DNA of 64,000 nt from contig CAWBAT010000002.1 of assembly GCA_963786955.1 (NCBI GenBank), positions 107,874-171,873 of the forward strand, given 5' to 3'. The notes beneath the pieces are model-generated. The model was not told where the DNA came from and made no database searches. It saw only the letters and a list, made by a program, of their open reading frames with translations. Position numbers and translations under genes: made by a program. Origin of the DNA: an uncultured Acidimicrobiia bacterium. GTDB lineage: Bacteria; Acidobacteriota; Terriglobia; Versatilivoradales; Versatilivoraceae. Below are positions 1 through 10,483 of the stretch, piece by piece; position 1 is the first letter of the stretch, and each line of letters opens with the position of its first letter.

Positions 1-1
1 T

Positions 2-670
2 CATATTTCCAATATCAAGAATACATCCACTCCGGGAACCTATCAGACAGCCGTCGTTCCTACCCGTGGAGGCTCGACTACCCGGCAGTTTGACTTCGAT
101 ATTGCTAAGACTTTACCCCTGACTTTTGGCAAAGTATATGAAGCGGACCAAATTTGGGCCACGTTTACCAAATTTATCCAAGCCGTCATGCCGGTCGCGG
201 AAAAATCCGGAGTGCGTATCGGATTGCATCCGGATGATCCACCGGTTGAAAGCCTGGGAGGCGTCGCCCGTATTTTCCGCAATTTCGAGGGCTATCAACG
301 GGCTATTGAAATTGCGAACAGCGATCATTTTGGATTGTGCTTCTGCGTTGGAACCTGGGCGGAAGGCGGGAAGATGACTGGTAAAGATGTGATGGAAATG
401 ATTCAATATTTCGGATCGAGAAAGAAGATCTTTAAAGTTCACTTCCGAAATGTCAGCTCACCTTTGCCAAAGTTTGAGGAAACTTTTCTGGATAACGGCT
501 ATATGGACATGTACCAGGTCATGCGGGCCTTACGCGAGGTGAAATTCGACGGAGCCATTATTCCCGACCATGTTCCGGGTGGGGGTTATCCGCAAATCAA
601 CAATTCATTTACTCTAGGCTATATGAAAGCCCTCCGTGACCGCGTGAACGCAGAATCCAAGAGCACGTAG
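2..670 (+). CDS. uxuA: Mannonate dehydratase (5' truncated by window edge)
   Basis: Frame open from base 2; motifs TRGGS, LHPDDPP, GLCFCVGT, VHFRNV, FEETFLDNG, IIPDHVP. Confidence 0.9.
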   Translation, partial: HISNIKNTSTPGTYQTAVVPTRGGSTTRQFDFDIAKTLPLTFGKVYEADQIWATFTKFIQAVMPVAEKSGVRIGLHPDDPPVESLGGVARIFRNFEGYQRAIEIANSDHFGLCFCVGTWAEGGKMTGKDVMEMIQYFGSRKKIFKVHFRNVSSPLPKFEETFLDNGYMDMYQVMRALREVKFDGAIIPDHVPGGGYPQINNSFTLGYMKALRDRVNAESKST

Positions 671-859
671 GATATAGTTTGGGTAATAGGCTAACACTTC
701 TCCTCCCTATTCTATCTTCCTCCCGATTACACTACCCTTCAGATCTTGAAGTCTTCGAACAATTGCGTCAACTGAGGGAATGGTTGCTTACAAACGACTG
801 AATTCAATTCTCAAAGATTAATAACTCCGCAAAAGCCTTATTTCTTTTGTTTTGTCTTT

Positions 860-2590
860 CTATTTGATTTCCTTAAGTTCCTCGACGACCAAATCATCAA
901 AAACGCCATGGGCCCTACCGAATACGACCATCCCCGCCAATCCATCGGCCAGCGTTTCATCATGAACACTCCCAACGAGACGGTCGTTCATGAAAAGCTG
1001 TATGAAATCGCCTTGGCAATTAACCCCGAGTTTCCGACGCATTTCTTTACTTGATTTTTCAGCTCCTCCTCGAGTCCAGGGGAGAATATCGAAAACCTGA
1101 TTGGTTAGGATGTCTTTCCTCACCAATTTGAATAAGACATCATTTGAGCCCGCCCAGTTGGAAATCAAAAGGGCATAAAAGCCCTTCTCATTGAGACGGA
1201 ACACCAAGCCAGCACCCGGCAACGAGTCTATAACTTCAGTCTGGCCAGTGCCAACGAGTCCTGGGTTGTATGTCCCGATGGTTTCTATTTTCATTCCTGG
1301 CTTATGTAAAGTCGCTTTAACTTCGACTGATATGCTGGCACGCATGTCTGACATCCACGGCCCATTGGCGGCCGCTGTTCCTGGGATCTCTATATGGTAT
1401 TCTCCGTTCTGATAGAAGAACCCGTCTTTGATGGGCCAGCCGCTGGTCTTCTGAGAGAAATCATCTCTATAGACACTATGACCCTCTCTGATTTGTACGT
1501 TTGATTCGTAAGGTTTTGGTTGCGCTTGGATTTTCAGTTTCGATGCCAGTGTGGACTCGGATTGCCCGCCCGCATCGTCCCGGTCACTAAGTACATAGCC
1601 TTTCCTTGCTCTGACCTTGCTGCCGCCATGGGCCACTTTCACCTGAATGCTGCGGTAATCATTGGAAGTTATCAGATTTGAAGAGTGGTAGGCGACGGTG
1701 TATTGTTCCTGAAGATCTTTCGCGATGGTTTCCATGACGGTTACTAAATCAGACCCTGATTTGGGGAAGAAACACTCGGCACCCGACTCCTCGGCCAGAC
1801 GTTTAAAAACATACCGGGGATTATCAATTTCCTGACCACTAATTAAAGTGATGGTCTTTCCGCTCCGAAGGAACTCTTGGTCTTCTTTCGGGTCGAAGTA
1901 CCCGATCAAAAATACCTGAGCCTGTGATACCTGCACTGCTTTAAGGACTTCATCGAGCTTTTGATTACTATGCTGGTCGGCCCCATCGGTGAGCAATACA
2001 AGTGCCTGCCGGTCAAACTTTGCCGTTCTTAGGCTATCTAGCCCCTCAATAATGGCATCATAGTGACTTGATCCTCCTCTCTCTGCCTCGGTTTCGGCAA
2101 TAGCGGATTTGACACGCTCGTGATCGAGGGTTAACTCGACCAATCGAAATACCTCGTGATGAAACGTAGAGTAAGCGATTTCGTCGTTTGCTAGAGTAGA
2201 ATTGACAAGCGCTAGGGCAGCAGTCCTGGCTTGTTCCATCTTGCCCCGGTCTCCCATGCTATTGCTCTTATCGAGAGCGATGCTGAGGCTAACGGGTTGC
2301 TCCTTTGCGGCGAAGAAAGTTATCGTTTGTTGCTTCCCGTCTTCGTAAACTGCAAACTCTGACTCCCCCAGCCCAGATATTGTCTTCTTCTTATGGTCCG
2401 TGACGTGAACGCCCACCGTCACCAAGTTGACGCCTACCTGAATAGACTGCGGATTTTTGTTTTCTGTGGTTTTTTCTGTTTGAAAAGAGAGTGCTAATGC
2501 GGCAGACACGATCAGCAGGAAACAAGCTACGATTTGAAGGGATCTCGATGGAAATGAAAGTTCCATCTTTTCAACTCCTGGCGTGAACAC
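860..2590 (-). CDS. Secreted VWA-domain protein (acidobacterial VWFA type) with C-terminal ConA/DUF1080-like beta-sandwich
   Basis: N-terminal hydrophobic signal; VNLVTV..VTD and F.VYEDG..Q.I motifs; MIDAS DKSNS and LLTDG; QYTVAY; VRARKGY; C-terminal YRDDFSQKTSGWP...FDDLVV. Confidence 0.8.
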   Translation of the reverse strand: MFTPGVEKMELSFPSRSLQIVACFLLIVSAALALSFQTEKTTENKNPQSIQVGVNLVTVGVHVTDHKKKTISGLGESEFAVYEDGKQQTITFFAAKEQPVSLSIALDKSNSMGDRGKMEQARTAALALVNSTLANDEIAYSTFHHEVFRLVELTLDHERVKSAIAETEAERGGSSHYDAIIEGLDSLRTAKFDRQALVLLTDGADQHSNQKLDEVLKAVQVSQAQVFLIGYFDPKEDQEFLRSGKTITLISGQEIDNPRYVFKRLAEESGAECFFPKSGSDLVTVMETIAKDLQEQYTVAYHSSNLITSNDYRSIQVKVAHGGSKVRARKGYVLSDRDDAGGQSESTLASKLKIQAQPKPYESNVQIREGHSVYRDDFSQKTSGWPIKDGFFYQNGEYHIEIPGTAAANGPWMSDMRASISVEVKATLHKPGMKIETIGTYNPGLVGTGQTEVIDSLPGAGLVFRLNEKGFYALLISNWAGSNDVLFKLVRKDILTNQVFDILPWTRGGAEKSSKEMRRKLGVNCQGDFIQLFMNDRLVGSVHDETLADGLAGMVVFGRAHGVFDDLVVEELKEIK

Positions 2591-2658
2591 CCACTCGCTC
2601 TCTGCGCACCGTAGGACTTCCCAGTTAGAGTAGCACCTAATACGCTAGAGATGCGAGA

Positions 2659-3000
2659 TCACTTGGCCTTCTCGTTCTTGACGTTAGGATTGGGGGCCAT
2701 CACGACCAGCAGAGTGGCATTTCCCTGCCCTCCGTTGTGAACCCCATGTTGTTCCCCTGCTGGGGCCAGTACCATTTGACCCGCTGAACAAACTTGCTTC
2801 TCATTCCCCACCTGCACCTCAACTTGCCCTTCAATGATGTAATAAATCTTGTCGGCATCTTCATGCTGATGCAGTTTCTGACTTTGTCCCGGGCAAAGGC
2901 AGTAGATATCACAGAAGAAATTTGCAGTTTCGACGAGATTGATCTTTTGCATCTTTTCAGCCAAAAAAACGCGTTGCTTCGAGACTTCCACGTTTAGCAT
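2659..3000 (-). CDS. Cupin domain protein
   Basis: PGQSQKLHQHEDADKIYYIIEG and PAGEQHGVHN cupin motifs; ATG at 3000 chosen because the longer ORF overlaps the upstream gene. Confidence 0.85.
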   Translation of the reverse strand: MLNVEVSKQRVFLAEKMQKINLVETANFFCDIYCLCPGQSQKLHQHEDADKIYYIIEGQVEVQVGNEKQVCSAGQMVLAPAGEQHGVHNGGQGNATLLVVMAPNPNVKNEKAK

Positions 3001-3011
3001 ATCTATCTCTT

Positions 3012-3530
3012 TCAGAAGATTATTTTGATCAAGACTGTCAGTACCATTCCAACCCCAATGGTCATTTTTAAAACGATCCCTGCCGTCCGGCCCAGCACAG
3101 TTCCCCATCCTGCTCGAAGCGCTTCTTTGGCCTGTCTTTTTCTAACGTATTCGTATAGAAAGACGGTCAGGAATGATCCGGCAAAGGCACCCACGAACGG
3201 GCCCAGCACTCCGATGACAAGCGCCAGCAGTGACCCCAGAAGCACACTTCCCACAATGGCCCCAACGAATGAAAGCCATACCGCTGCGCGTGACGCTCCA
3301 AATTTACGCGCGCCCAAAGCCATAAACCAGTTATCAGCCGTTTCGGCAAACAGAGTCAAAGCGCAAAAAATAATCAGAAGTTTGATACTGACCGCCGCAC
3401 TAAATCCGGTGGCGAAGGAATAGATCACAGTGCTCAATAGAATGAAACCCACTCCAGGCAATCCAAAAGGGATCATCACCAACCCTGCGCTCATCCCACT
3501 GAGTAAAAGCAAGTATCCCAAGAATTCCAT
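3012..3530 (-). CDS. DUF456-family membrane protein
   Basis: PFGLPG, GARKFGAS, GPFVGAFAG, ALRAGWGTVLG motifs; hydrophobic; ATG at 3530. Confidence 0.8.
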   Translation of the reverse strand: MEFLGYLLLLSGMSAGLVMIPFGLPGVGFILLSTVIYSFATGFSAAVSIKLLIIFCALTLFAETADNWFMALGARKFGASRAAVWLSFVGAIVGSVLLGSLLALVIGVLGPFVGAFAGSFLTVFLYEYVRKRQAKEALRAGWGTVLGRTAGIVLKMTIGVGMVLTVLIKIIF

Positions 3531-3590
3531 TTCAATGCCTCTGTCAGACTGAAGCTGTGAGCGAATTGGTTTCGGTGTCGCTCTGCAAGT

Positions 3591-3678
3591 GTCCCCCTTG
3601 GTTAAGGGGGACTCCAGGGGGTTCGTCCAGCATGAGTTATGCCCACCCCTTTGCCTCCTCCTTAGCAAGGAGGGGAAC
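3591..3678. repeat. CCCCCTT-N-AAGGGGG palindromic REP-like element (family A)
   Basis: GTCCCCCTTGGTTAAGGGGGAC hairpin plus CTCCTCCTTAGCAAGGAGGGG; related copies at 34825-34962 and 44394-44427. Confidence 0.7.
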
Positions 3679-3742
3679 CAAAATTGAATTTCATCCCACC
3701 CCTGCTCGGACCGATACGGAGTGACCAGGGGGATGAGTTTCT

Positions 3743-5041
3743 CTACTTCTTTTTCAAATCCAGACACACCAGACTTTTTTCATTCCGCACATATAGCAAC
3801 CCCTCTGCAATAGCAGGATAGGCGCGTACGGAAGGAGGCAGCACCTTCGACTGTGCCACAATTCTGAATTCCTTGGCAGACGCCGGTGCGATAAGCAGTT
3901 CCCCGCCCTCTTTCATGATGAGTAGGAGATCTCCAGCTAATGTGACGGTTCCCGCTTTAAAGTCTTCAACATTCCAGCTAATCTTCCCGGATTGCCATTC
4001 CACCGAACGCAGACTTGGTCCATATTCCTGGCGTCCATGGAAACCAAAAAGATAACCGTTGGTAAAAACACTACTGGCATAATGGTTCGACAAGACCTCG
4101 TCTGACGTCCAGACTTTCTTGAAGTTGTGGTCACCCCATTGCAACAGCACAGCTCCGGTATCATAGCTAGCCGAAAGAAAGATCTGGTTTCCAACAACCA
4201 GAGGAACCGCCGCATTCACTGAGGCGTTATTTCTCGATCGCCAGGGAAACTGGCCAATGACCTTTCCTTCGGAGGGTTCTAAGACGGCTAAGCCGGCCCG
4301 TGTGAAACAGAAAAGATAGCGGACCCCAGCGATCGTAGCCGCGACAGGGGATGAATAGCTGGCTTCGTCGCTCGTTGCCTTCCAAACCACATTTCCGTTC
4401 TTGGCATCGAATGCCACAATGCCGGCTTGATCGGCCCCTCCAATATTTAGAATGACGCGATCTCCCTCGACTAAAGGAGAACAGGCCGCGCCAAAAAATC
4501 CTTTGCGAACATGGAATTTCGGGTGTGTGTCCACGCTCCAGAGCTTCTTTCCGGTCTCGAAATCCAGACAGTGTAAGACTCCTTCGGCGCCAAAGGTATA
4601 GACACGGCCCCCGGCAATCGAGGGAGTACCCCGAGGCCCTTCGTCGAATCCAAAATCGTCCCGGTAATTTGTCGGATAAGCAAACTTCCAAATCTTTTTT
4701 CCATTGCGGGCATCCAAACATTCGATAATTTCCTCGTTTTGGACCCGGTGGAAGAGGATAAGTCTCCCTCTGGCAACCACGGGAGAACTGAACCCTTGTC
4801 CCGTGTTGATCTTCCAAACTACCGGAGGTCCTTCTTTGGGCCACGCCGTGTTCAACGGCGCTCCGGCATAAACACCATTTCTCGACGGCCCCAAAAATTG
4901 CGGCCAGTCCTGGGCAAAAGTCATTTGTGAAAATAAAAATATGGAAGTGCCCGCCATCATCCAAGCCGCAAGTGAATGAAAAGAAACTCTTCCATTCGAT
5001 TGCCTCACAGCACGAAAGAGCTGATTAATGGAAGTCGGCAA
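3743..5041 (-). CDS. PQQ-binding-like beta-propeller repeat protein (secreted)
   Basis: DWPQFLGPSRNG, repeated (S)SP(V/L)V and CLDxxTGKxxW blades; start uncertain (ATG near 4960 possible). Confidence 0.85.
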   Translation of the reverse strand: MPTSINQLFRAVRQSNGRVSFHSLAAWMMAGTSIFLFSQMTFAQDWPQFLGPSRNGVYAGAPLNTAWPKEGPPVVWKINTGQGFSSPVVARGRLILFHRVQNEEIIECLDARNGKKIWKFAYPTNYRDDFGFDEGPRGTPSIAGGRVYTFGAEGVLHCLDFETGKKLWSVDTHPKFHVRKGFFGAACSPLVEGDRVILNIGGADQAGIVAFDAKNGNVVWKATSDEASYSSPVAATIAGVRYLFCFTRAGLAVLEPSEGKVIGQFPWRSRNNASVNAAVPLVVGNQIFLSASYDTGAVLLQWGDHNFKKVWTSDEVLSNHYASSVFTNGYLFGFHGRQEYGPSLRSVEWQSGKISWNVEDFKAGTVTLAGDLLLIMKEGGELLIAPASAKEFRIVAQSKVLPPSVRAYPAIAEGLLYVRNEKSLVCLDLKKK

Positions 5042-5045
5042 TGCT

Positions 5046-6536
5046 TTAGTTCCTCCCTCTCAAGTCATAGCACAAAAGTCTGGGTCCGGTGCCGGTCAAT
5101 ATGTCCCGGGAATTCTGGCAGACGTAAAGCAACCCACAGCTCAGGACTGGCAATGTCCAGGATTCTCGTGCCAGAAATAAACGGGAACGTGCCATTTCTT
5201 TGTAGCCGGCTGGAGTCAAGTTTAACCAAAGCAGGTGGCCAGATTCTCCTAAACAGAGAAAATTTCCGTCTGCCCAGAGCAGACTACCACGATAAGTACC
5301 AACCAACTGCGATCGTTCAGCCCCATTCGTTACAAAGGTTTCTTGCCATTCGGGGTTTTCGCGCCAAACCACTTTGCCCGTTTTGAGTTCAACGCAAATC
5401 AGTGAGGCGTCAGGTTCATTACGTCCGTCAAAGCCAAAAATATAACCATCCTTAACAATAGGTGTATTCCAGTGAAAGCCAAATTCACGTGTTGTCCACG
5501 CTTGATTAAATGAACCGTCCGGCAGCAGATTCAGCAGGGCGCTACCCGTCTTGTAACTGGCAGAAATGAGCACTTGGTTTTGAACGATGACGGGCGAGGA
5601 AGCATTAACCGATTCATAACTGCTGCTCCTCCAGGGAAATTCGAAATCGACTTTACCGATTTTCGGATCAATAGCCAACAAACCTCCCGTGGGGGGGCGG
5701 CTTTCTCCTCCGGCAAAGACAAATACACGCCTCCTGCCCTGTACCATAGCAGGGACCGGAGAAGCATAGCTAGGCCCCCAATGATCTCCCGCAGCCCAAA
5801 CAGTCTTGCCATCTCTTTTGTCAAGAGCAACCACACAAGGGCCTTCCGGGGCACCGACATTTACAATCAACAGATCCCCCTCAATCAACGGGGTCGATCC
5901 CATACCAAAGAACGTTTTGGGAGACTTGTACTCGCTCATCAGGTCCCGGCTCCAGATTACTTTTCCCGTGAAAATATTCAGGCAGTAAAATTTCCCTTCA
6001 GCCCCCAGGGTATAGACGCGTTCTTGATCAATGACTGGACTCGACCGCGGTCCGTTGTTGTATCCGTAACGATCTTCATACTGGGTGGGGTAACTAAATT
6101 TCCAGTAAAGGTCTCCCGTTTCCGGATGCAGGCACTCCACAATTTCATTGGATTCGAGTCGATGAAAGAATACTAATCGATCGCCGGATATCGCAGGCCC
6201 ACTGAAACCATTGCCCTTCTTGACTTCCCAAATCAATACAGGGCCATTGGGTGGCCACACTTTCAGAAGCGGAGTTTCCACAGACACTGAATTATGTTCA
6301 GGGCCGAGAAATGATTCCCAATTGCTCGTTTTAGCGCCCGGAGATAAAGGTCTGGGCTTCCCGAAAAAATGTCCGTTCGGATGCGGGGTGGGTAAGCTTG
6401 GGCGGGCCGATGTTGAAGCCTTTGACTTTGAAGAAGCATCCTCTCGTGATCCTTTGCTTTGAATCGCCGCGAGATAAGAACTGGCGCATAGGACAGCCAC
6501 TGCCAGGAAGGCGCCATTGCTTCGAATAAATTTCAC
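5046..6536 (-). CDS. PQQ-binding-like beta-propeller repeat protein (secreted)
   Basis: NWESFLGP, GPRSSPVID, CVELKTGKVVW; GTG at 6536 follows a GGGGGTG RBS, and the longer ORF runs into a repeat. Confidence 0.85.
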   Translation of the reverse strand: MKFIRSNGAFLAVAVLCASSYLAAIQSKGSREDASSKSKASTSARPSLPTPHPNGHFFGKPRPLSPGAKTSNWESFLGPEHNSVSVETPLLKVWPPNGPVLIWEVKKGNGFSGPAISGDRLVFFHRLESNEIVECLHPETGDLYWKFSYPTQYEDRYGYNNGPRSSPVIDQERVYTLGAEGKFYCLNIFTGKVIWSRDLMSEYKSPKTFFGMGSTPLIEGDLLIVNVGAPEGPCVVALDKRDGKTVWAAGDHWGPSYASPVPAMVQGRRRVFVFAGGESRPPTGGLLAIDPKIGKVDFEFPWRSSSYESVNASSPVIVQNQVLISASYKTGSALLNLLPDGSFNQAWTTREFGFHWNTPIVKDGYIFGFDGRNEPDASLICVELKTGKVVWRENPEWQETFVTNGAERSQLVGTYRGSLLWADGNFLCLGESGHLLWLNLTPAGYKEMARSRLFLARESWTLPVLSCGLLYVCQNSRDILTGTGPRLLCYDLRGRN

Positions 6537-6563
6537 CGAGTCACCCCCAAAAGCACGTACCGA

Positions 6564-6709
6564 TATACTGCGTTTCAGAAATTCAAGGACATTAACGCCG
6601 GGTCGGTGACCCGGCCTACACCTTTTGTAGGCTTGGGGCTTTCTCAAAGCCCCAACCTCACGCGGCGCCCGTCTTAAGATACGTCACCGTAATTCTGGAA
6701 GGGAGTACT
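6564..6709. mobile_element. ~145-bp MITE-like element enclosing a GTAG REP doublet (copy 1)
   Basis: Near-identical to 38421-38565; imperfect terminal inverted repeats ending AGTACT; internal GCCGGGTCGGTGACCCGGCCTAC and GTAGGCTTGGGGCTTTCTCAAAGCCCCAAC. Confidence 0.75.
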
Positions 6710-6809
6710 TAGTTTCTCAAAACTCTTTAAAATTAGTATCAGCAGACTGACTTTAAGCGAGTTGAAGGTGTACTCAAGATAACAACTTTTAATAGCCTGT
6801 CGGCGTCAC

Positions 6810-7658
6810 TCATTTCAACTTGAGGTGCTGCCGGAGAAACGCATCGATCGTCTTTAAGTATTCCTTTCCTCCGACCCATGACAGATCATTGTGGTTGGCA
6901 CCCGCAATGGGGGACCACTCTTTAGGTTCATTAGCCGAATCAAATAACGCTTTCCCAAAGCGCATGGGGATGATGGAATCTTGATCTCCGTGGATCACAA
7001 GTACGGGGCAGTGAATTGTTTGCATTTTTGAGACCGAATCGTAACGGTCTGTCAATAGCCAGCGCGCCGGCAGAAAAGGGTATGCATTCTGAGCGACGTC
7101 ACCACCTGAAGCGAAGCCTGACTGCAGGATCAGGCTTTCCGGAGGAATCCGAGTAGCAGCCTCGACGGCGACTCCGCAGCCCAAAGACTCTCCAAAATAA
7201 ACGAGCTGGGTGTTTGTCTTTACTTTAAGCCAGCGGATGACGGTTTCCGCATCCATGTAGAGACCTTGTTCCGAGGGAGAGCCCTCGCTGCCCCCATAAC
7301 CGCGGTAATCAAGAATGAAAGTACCGTAACCTAGACGGTGCAGATCGGCCAGCCATTCGAGCCGGTGCCCCCGGTGGCCTGCGTTACCATGAAAGATAAC
7401 CAATGTTGTTGGCAAACTTCCAGGCCAGTACCAGTTGGCAAGACGGATGCCGTCCGGGGCGACTAACTCAATCGTCTCTAATCCTCGGAATTCATTGCCT
7501 GCTGGAGTTGGGACAATGGAAGAATCCGGAAAGTATTGCAGCTTGCGTTGAAAGAGATAGATCACAACCAGCAAGAGAACATAAATGACCGCAAGGAAAC
7601 GGAGGATACGAAAGAAGGGATGACGAAGGAAGAAGTTCATCAAGTTGTCGAGCATCAC
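6810..7658 (-). CDS. Alpha/beta hydrolase (ABHD13/BEM46-like) with N-terminal TM anchor
   Basis: FHGNAG, DYRGYGGSEGSPSEQGLYMD, GESLG nucleophile elbow, HGDQD, GANHND. Confidence 0.9.
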   Translation of the reverse strand: MMLDNLMNFFLRHPFFRILRFLAVIYVLLLVVIYLFQRKLQYFPDSSIVPTPAGNEFRGLETIELVAPDGIRLANWYWPGSLPTTLVIFHGNAGHRGHRLEWLADLHRLGYGTFILDYRGYGGSEGSPSEQGLYMDAETVIRWLKVKTNTQLVYFGESLGCGVAVEAATRIPPESLILQSGFASGGDVAQNAYPFLPARWLLTDRYDSVSKMQTIHCPVLVIHGDQDSIIPMRFGKALFDSANEPKEWSPIAGANHNDLSWVGGKEYLKTIDAFLRQHLKLK

Positions 7659-7792
7659 AAATACTTTGAATGACCAGAATGAAATTCAAGATAACGATGA
7701 TGATGTTAGATTAAACTGAAATCATCGCGCAAATGAACCCGATTGGTATGTTGGAGGGCGGAGTCCGCCATCTGGCGGACGACGCCTTTTTG

Positions 7793-7885
7793 GTAGCGAC
7801 CAGGCCTCCTGGCCTGTCGAGCCACGCTGAGGCGTGGCCAGAGATGGCTTTCAGCCCCCGGACAGGCATGGATGCCTGTCCCTAC
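7793..7885. repeat. GTAG-type REP doublet (REPIN-like)
   Basis: GTAGCGACCAGGCCTCCTGGCCTGTCG ... GGACAGGCATGGATGCCTGTCCCTAC in inverted orientation. Confidence 0.65.
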
Positions 7886-7956
7886 AAGTTCGAGAAGCCG
7901 GTCTCGCGGGAGCTTGACCCTCCAATTTCGTCATATGCCATCACAGCCGCGTCGGG

Positions 7957-10245
7957 CTATTCAAGTAAAAACACTCGCACATCCTGATGAGGAACTTCGA
8001 CCCGAATACCTTTCCTTTCTAGTGGGATTTCTTGCCCACTGTGGATATCTAAAACACGTTTACAAGGAATCGGAATCTCGATTCGGTCGGTCTGATCTTC
8101 GGTGCGATCGTTGAATATGGCGAGCAAGTTGCGAGTGTGCCCTTCGATGAGCCTTGGTCGAAGGCCGATAGAAGTGACCTTCGGTTTCACCACAGGAATG
8201 ATGATGGCACGTAAGAACTCAATCCCGGCATCGTCTCCGGCGTGAATGGAAGCTCCCAGATTGGTGCCAAGGTAGTAGGCCATGCCCTGCCCTACTTTCT
8301 TCCTGGCGCCGACCCACAGATCTCGATAGCGGGCTATAGGCTGAGCAGAAGAAACTTCGATAGGAGTCAGGAAGGTGTGCGCCTGAATGCTAAGCCCGGC
8401 CGGGTCCAAAACCTCGATTTCAGCTCCGCTATAAACGCTATCTTCATCAGGAACGATGCTCTTCTTCGCCGTGGAAGAGGTGTTACTGCTAATCGCCACC
8501 GATTCGTTGGTTTGAGGTTGAATATAGAAACTATCCTTCTCGCGATAACCAAACGTTTCAGCCAAACCATAGGGCGGAACTACGGGGTTATAGAAACAAT
8601 GGCTGTCGAACAGTCCAAAAGCCGTGTCCAATATCAGCGTCCCTCCCCGTTCCACAAAGCGACGCAATTCCAGGCATGTTTCTTCCTTGCCCATGATGTG
8701 CCAGGGAGCGATGATCAACTTATAGCTGGCTGCCTTTAGGCTTTCGGGCTCGATAAAATCCGCCCACAGATCCAAGTTCCACAGCGCTTTGTAATATCCC
8801 CGAAACGACTTGATCGACACATCTTCCTGGCCATTCATGGCGTAAGTGAGTAGTGCGCTATCCGGATCTGTCAAGATGGCGATTTCCGGTTTTGGAAGGT
8901 GATCCTGCAAAACATCCCAGTAAGATTGAAAAAGCGCGCGATTGCGCGAAGCTTCTTCCGCACGATCGGTGCGAGCGCCGCTCCGTTCCACAAGCCCAAA
9001 CCCTGTCGACTCGCTCCCGGAGCCTTCGGCCTGATAAGTCCAATACAGGATTCCCTTTGCTCCGCACGCTACGGCCAACCAGTTCCACAATCGGATATCC
9101 CGTGGACGCATTTGGGGGCTTCGCCACAGTCCTCTATTTCCATGACCCCCTTGCAATTCCGCCATCCAGAATTCTCTTCCGGCAGCACAGCAGCGCGTGA
9201 TCTCGAATTTGGCAGCCCCTTCAGAGACTGGCAGGTTAAACCAGCGAGGGAATATGGAGACTCCCCAAGTATCCACTACCTCCGCCAGCCGCCAGCCGTC
9301 AATACCGCTGTGTGCGATCGGATCGATCGGAGGATTATGCCCGGCATGATCCTCCATAATATGGGAAGGGTCGGCAGCTTTGAGTTGCTCGACTCGAAAT
9401 TTGAGTTCAGCAGTGCTCCTTTCGATAATGAAGCGCCGCCAATCGACCCAATCCATGTAGGTCCCCATGGCCCGCGGCGGATCAATCGACTGCCAACTGG
9501 GATAGCGGCGTACCCAGACTTCGTTCAAACGTTCCAGCGATCCGTAACGCTTTTCCAGCCAAACATGAAAAGCTTCAATGGTCTTATCGCAATAACAGAA
9601 AAGCCGCTCTTGCGGACCTGCCCAGATGTTTCTTAACCAGGCCGGTTCGATATGGGGTTCGTTCCAGCAATCATAGGCATAGAAGGAAACATGGGAAGCG
9701 CTGAACTTGGCCAACGCCTGAATGTAGCGGGCCGCGGCTTCGCGAATGGGCTGCCAATCCAGGCATAACCCCGGCCAGCCTCCCGTCATATTGTTGCCGC
9801 TTCCCTGCAGCCGCTGAATAGTGCCTTTTGCATCAACGTAGCGCGTTTCGGGATGGGCTTGCTCGAGCCACCAGGGAGCGGTTTCAAGGACCAGTCCCAT
9901 GAGAACCTTGATCCCGAGTTCGTCACACCACTGCATGACTTCCGCAAGATCATCGAAGACGAAGCGATCCGGAGCAGGATTGTAATAATCCCAACCGGGG
10001 TAAATGCGAATGATGTTGAATCCATAATCCTTGGCGATGGCCTGCAACATTTCTCGACGCTGCTCTCGTGGAGGGTTCGGAGGCCGGTAGAAAGCTGTGC
10101 CGTAGATAAATTGCTTCTTGGGAAGTTCACCTAAAGCATCGGTGGAGTTTGGCCCTGCCAAAATCCGCAAGCCGCTCCAGCTGAGACTAATGCCTGCTGA
10201 CGCTTGCAGAAATTTTCGCCGCGAGAAGTTCCCTGGAAATTTCAT
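7957..10245 (-). CDS. GH42 beta-galactosidase-like protein with Tat signal and trimerisation domain
   Basis: SRRKFLQ twin-arginine; WNEP acid/base; WMAELQGG nucleophile; FVERGGTLI trimerisation domain. Confidence 0.85.
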   Translation of the reverse strand: MKFPGNFSRRKFLQASAGISLSWSGLRILAGPNSTDALGELPKKQFIYGTAFYRPPNPPREQRREMLQAIAKDYGFNIIRIYPGWDYYNPAPDRFVFDDLAEVMQWCDELGIKVLMGLVLETAPWWLEQAHPETRYVDAKGTIQRLQGSGNNMTGGWPGLCLDWQPIREAAARYIQALAKFSASHVSFYAYDCWNEPHIEPAWLRNIWAGPQERLFCYCDKTIEAFHVWLEKRYGSLERLNEVWVRRYPSWQSIDPPRAMGTYMDWVDWRRFIIERSTAELKFRVEQLKAADPSHIMEDHAGHNPPIDPIAHSGIDGWRLAEVVDTWGVSIFPRWFNLPVSEGAAKFEITRCCAAGREFWMAELQGGHGNRGLWRSPQMRPRDIRLWNWLAVACGAKGILYWTYQAEGSGSESTGFGLVERSGARTDRAEEASRNRALFQSYWDVLQDHLPKPEIAILTDPDSALLTYAMNGQEDVSIKSFRGYYKALWNLDLWADFIEPESLKAASYKLIIAPWHIMGKEETCLELRRFVERGGTLILDTAFGLFDSHCFYNPVVPPYGLAETFGYREKDSFYIQPQTNESVAISSNTSSTAKKSIVPDEDSVYSGAEIEVLDPAGLSIQAHTFLTPIEVSSAQPIARYRDLWVGARKKVGQGMAYYLGTNLGASIHAGDDAGIEFLRAIIIPVVKPKVTSIGLRPRLIEGHTRNLLAIFNDRTEDQTDRIEIPIPCKRVLDIHSGQEIPLERKGIRVEVPHQDVRVFLLE

Positions 10246-10483
10246 CTTGAGAGTATTTATTTGGCTAAGTGTTGATGTCTTCCATTTAGAGGATTACCAA
10301 CTTTAACAAGAGGGCAAAGAATAGCATACCTGCCTAATTGAGGAAGCTTTAGCATCCTTTGTCAAAGCGTGGAGTTCACACCCGATGGCGAATCTGAAAT
10401 CAAACTACTTACTCAGTCGCAGTTTGATGTATTCTTTTCTCAGCACGATACCATCATTTTGAAATCCAACATGGGAGGTCATT

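Noticed and set aside
3531-3767. N-terminal extensions of DUF456 (and of the propeller ORF to 6647)
   Set aside because: The extensions read through REP/MITE sequence; downstream starts fit the families better.
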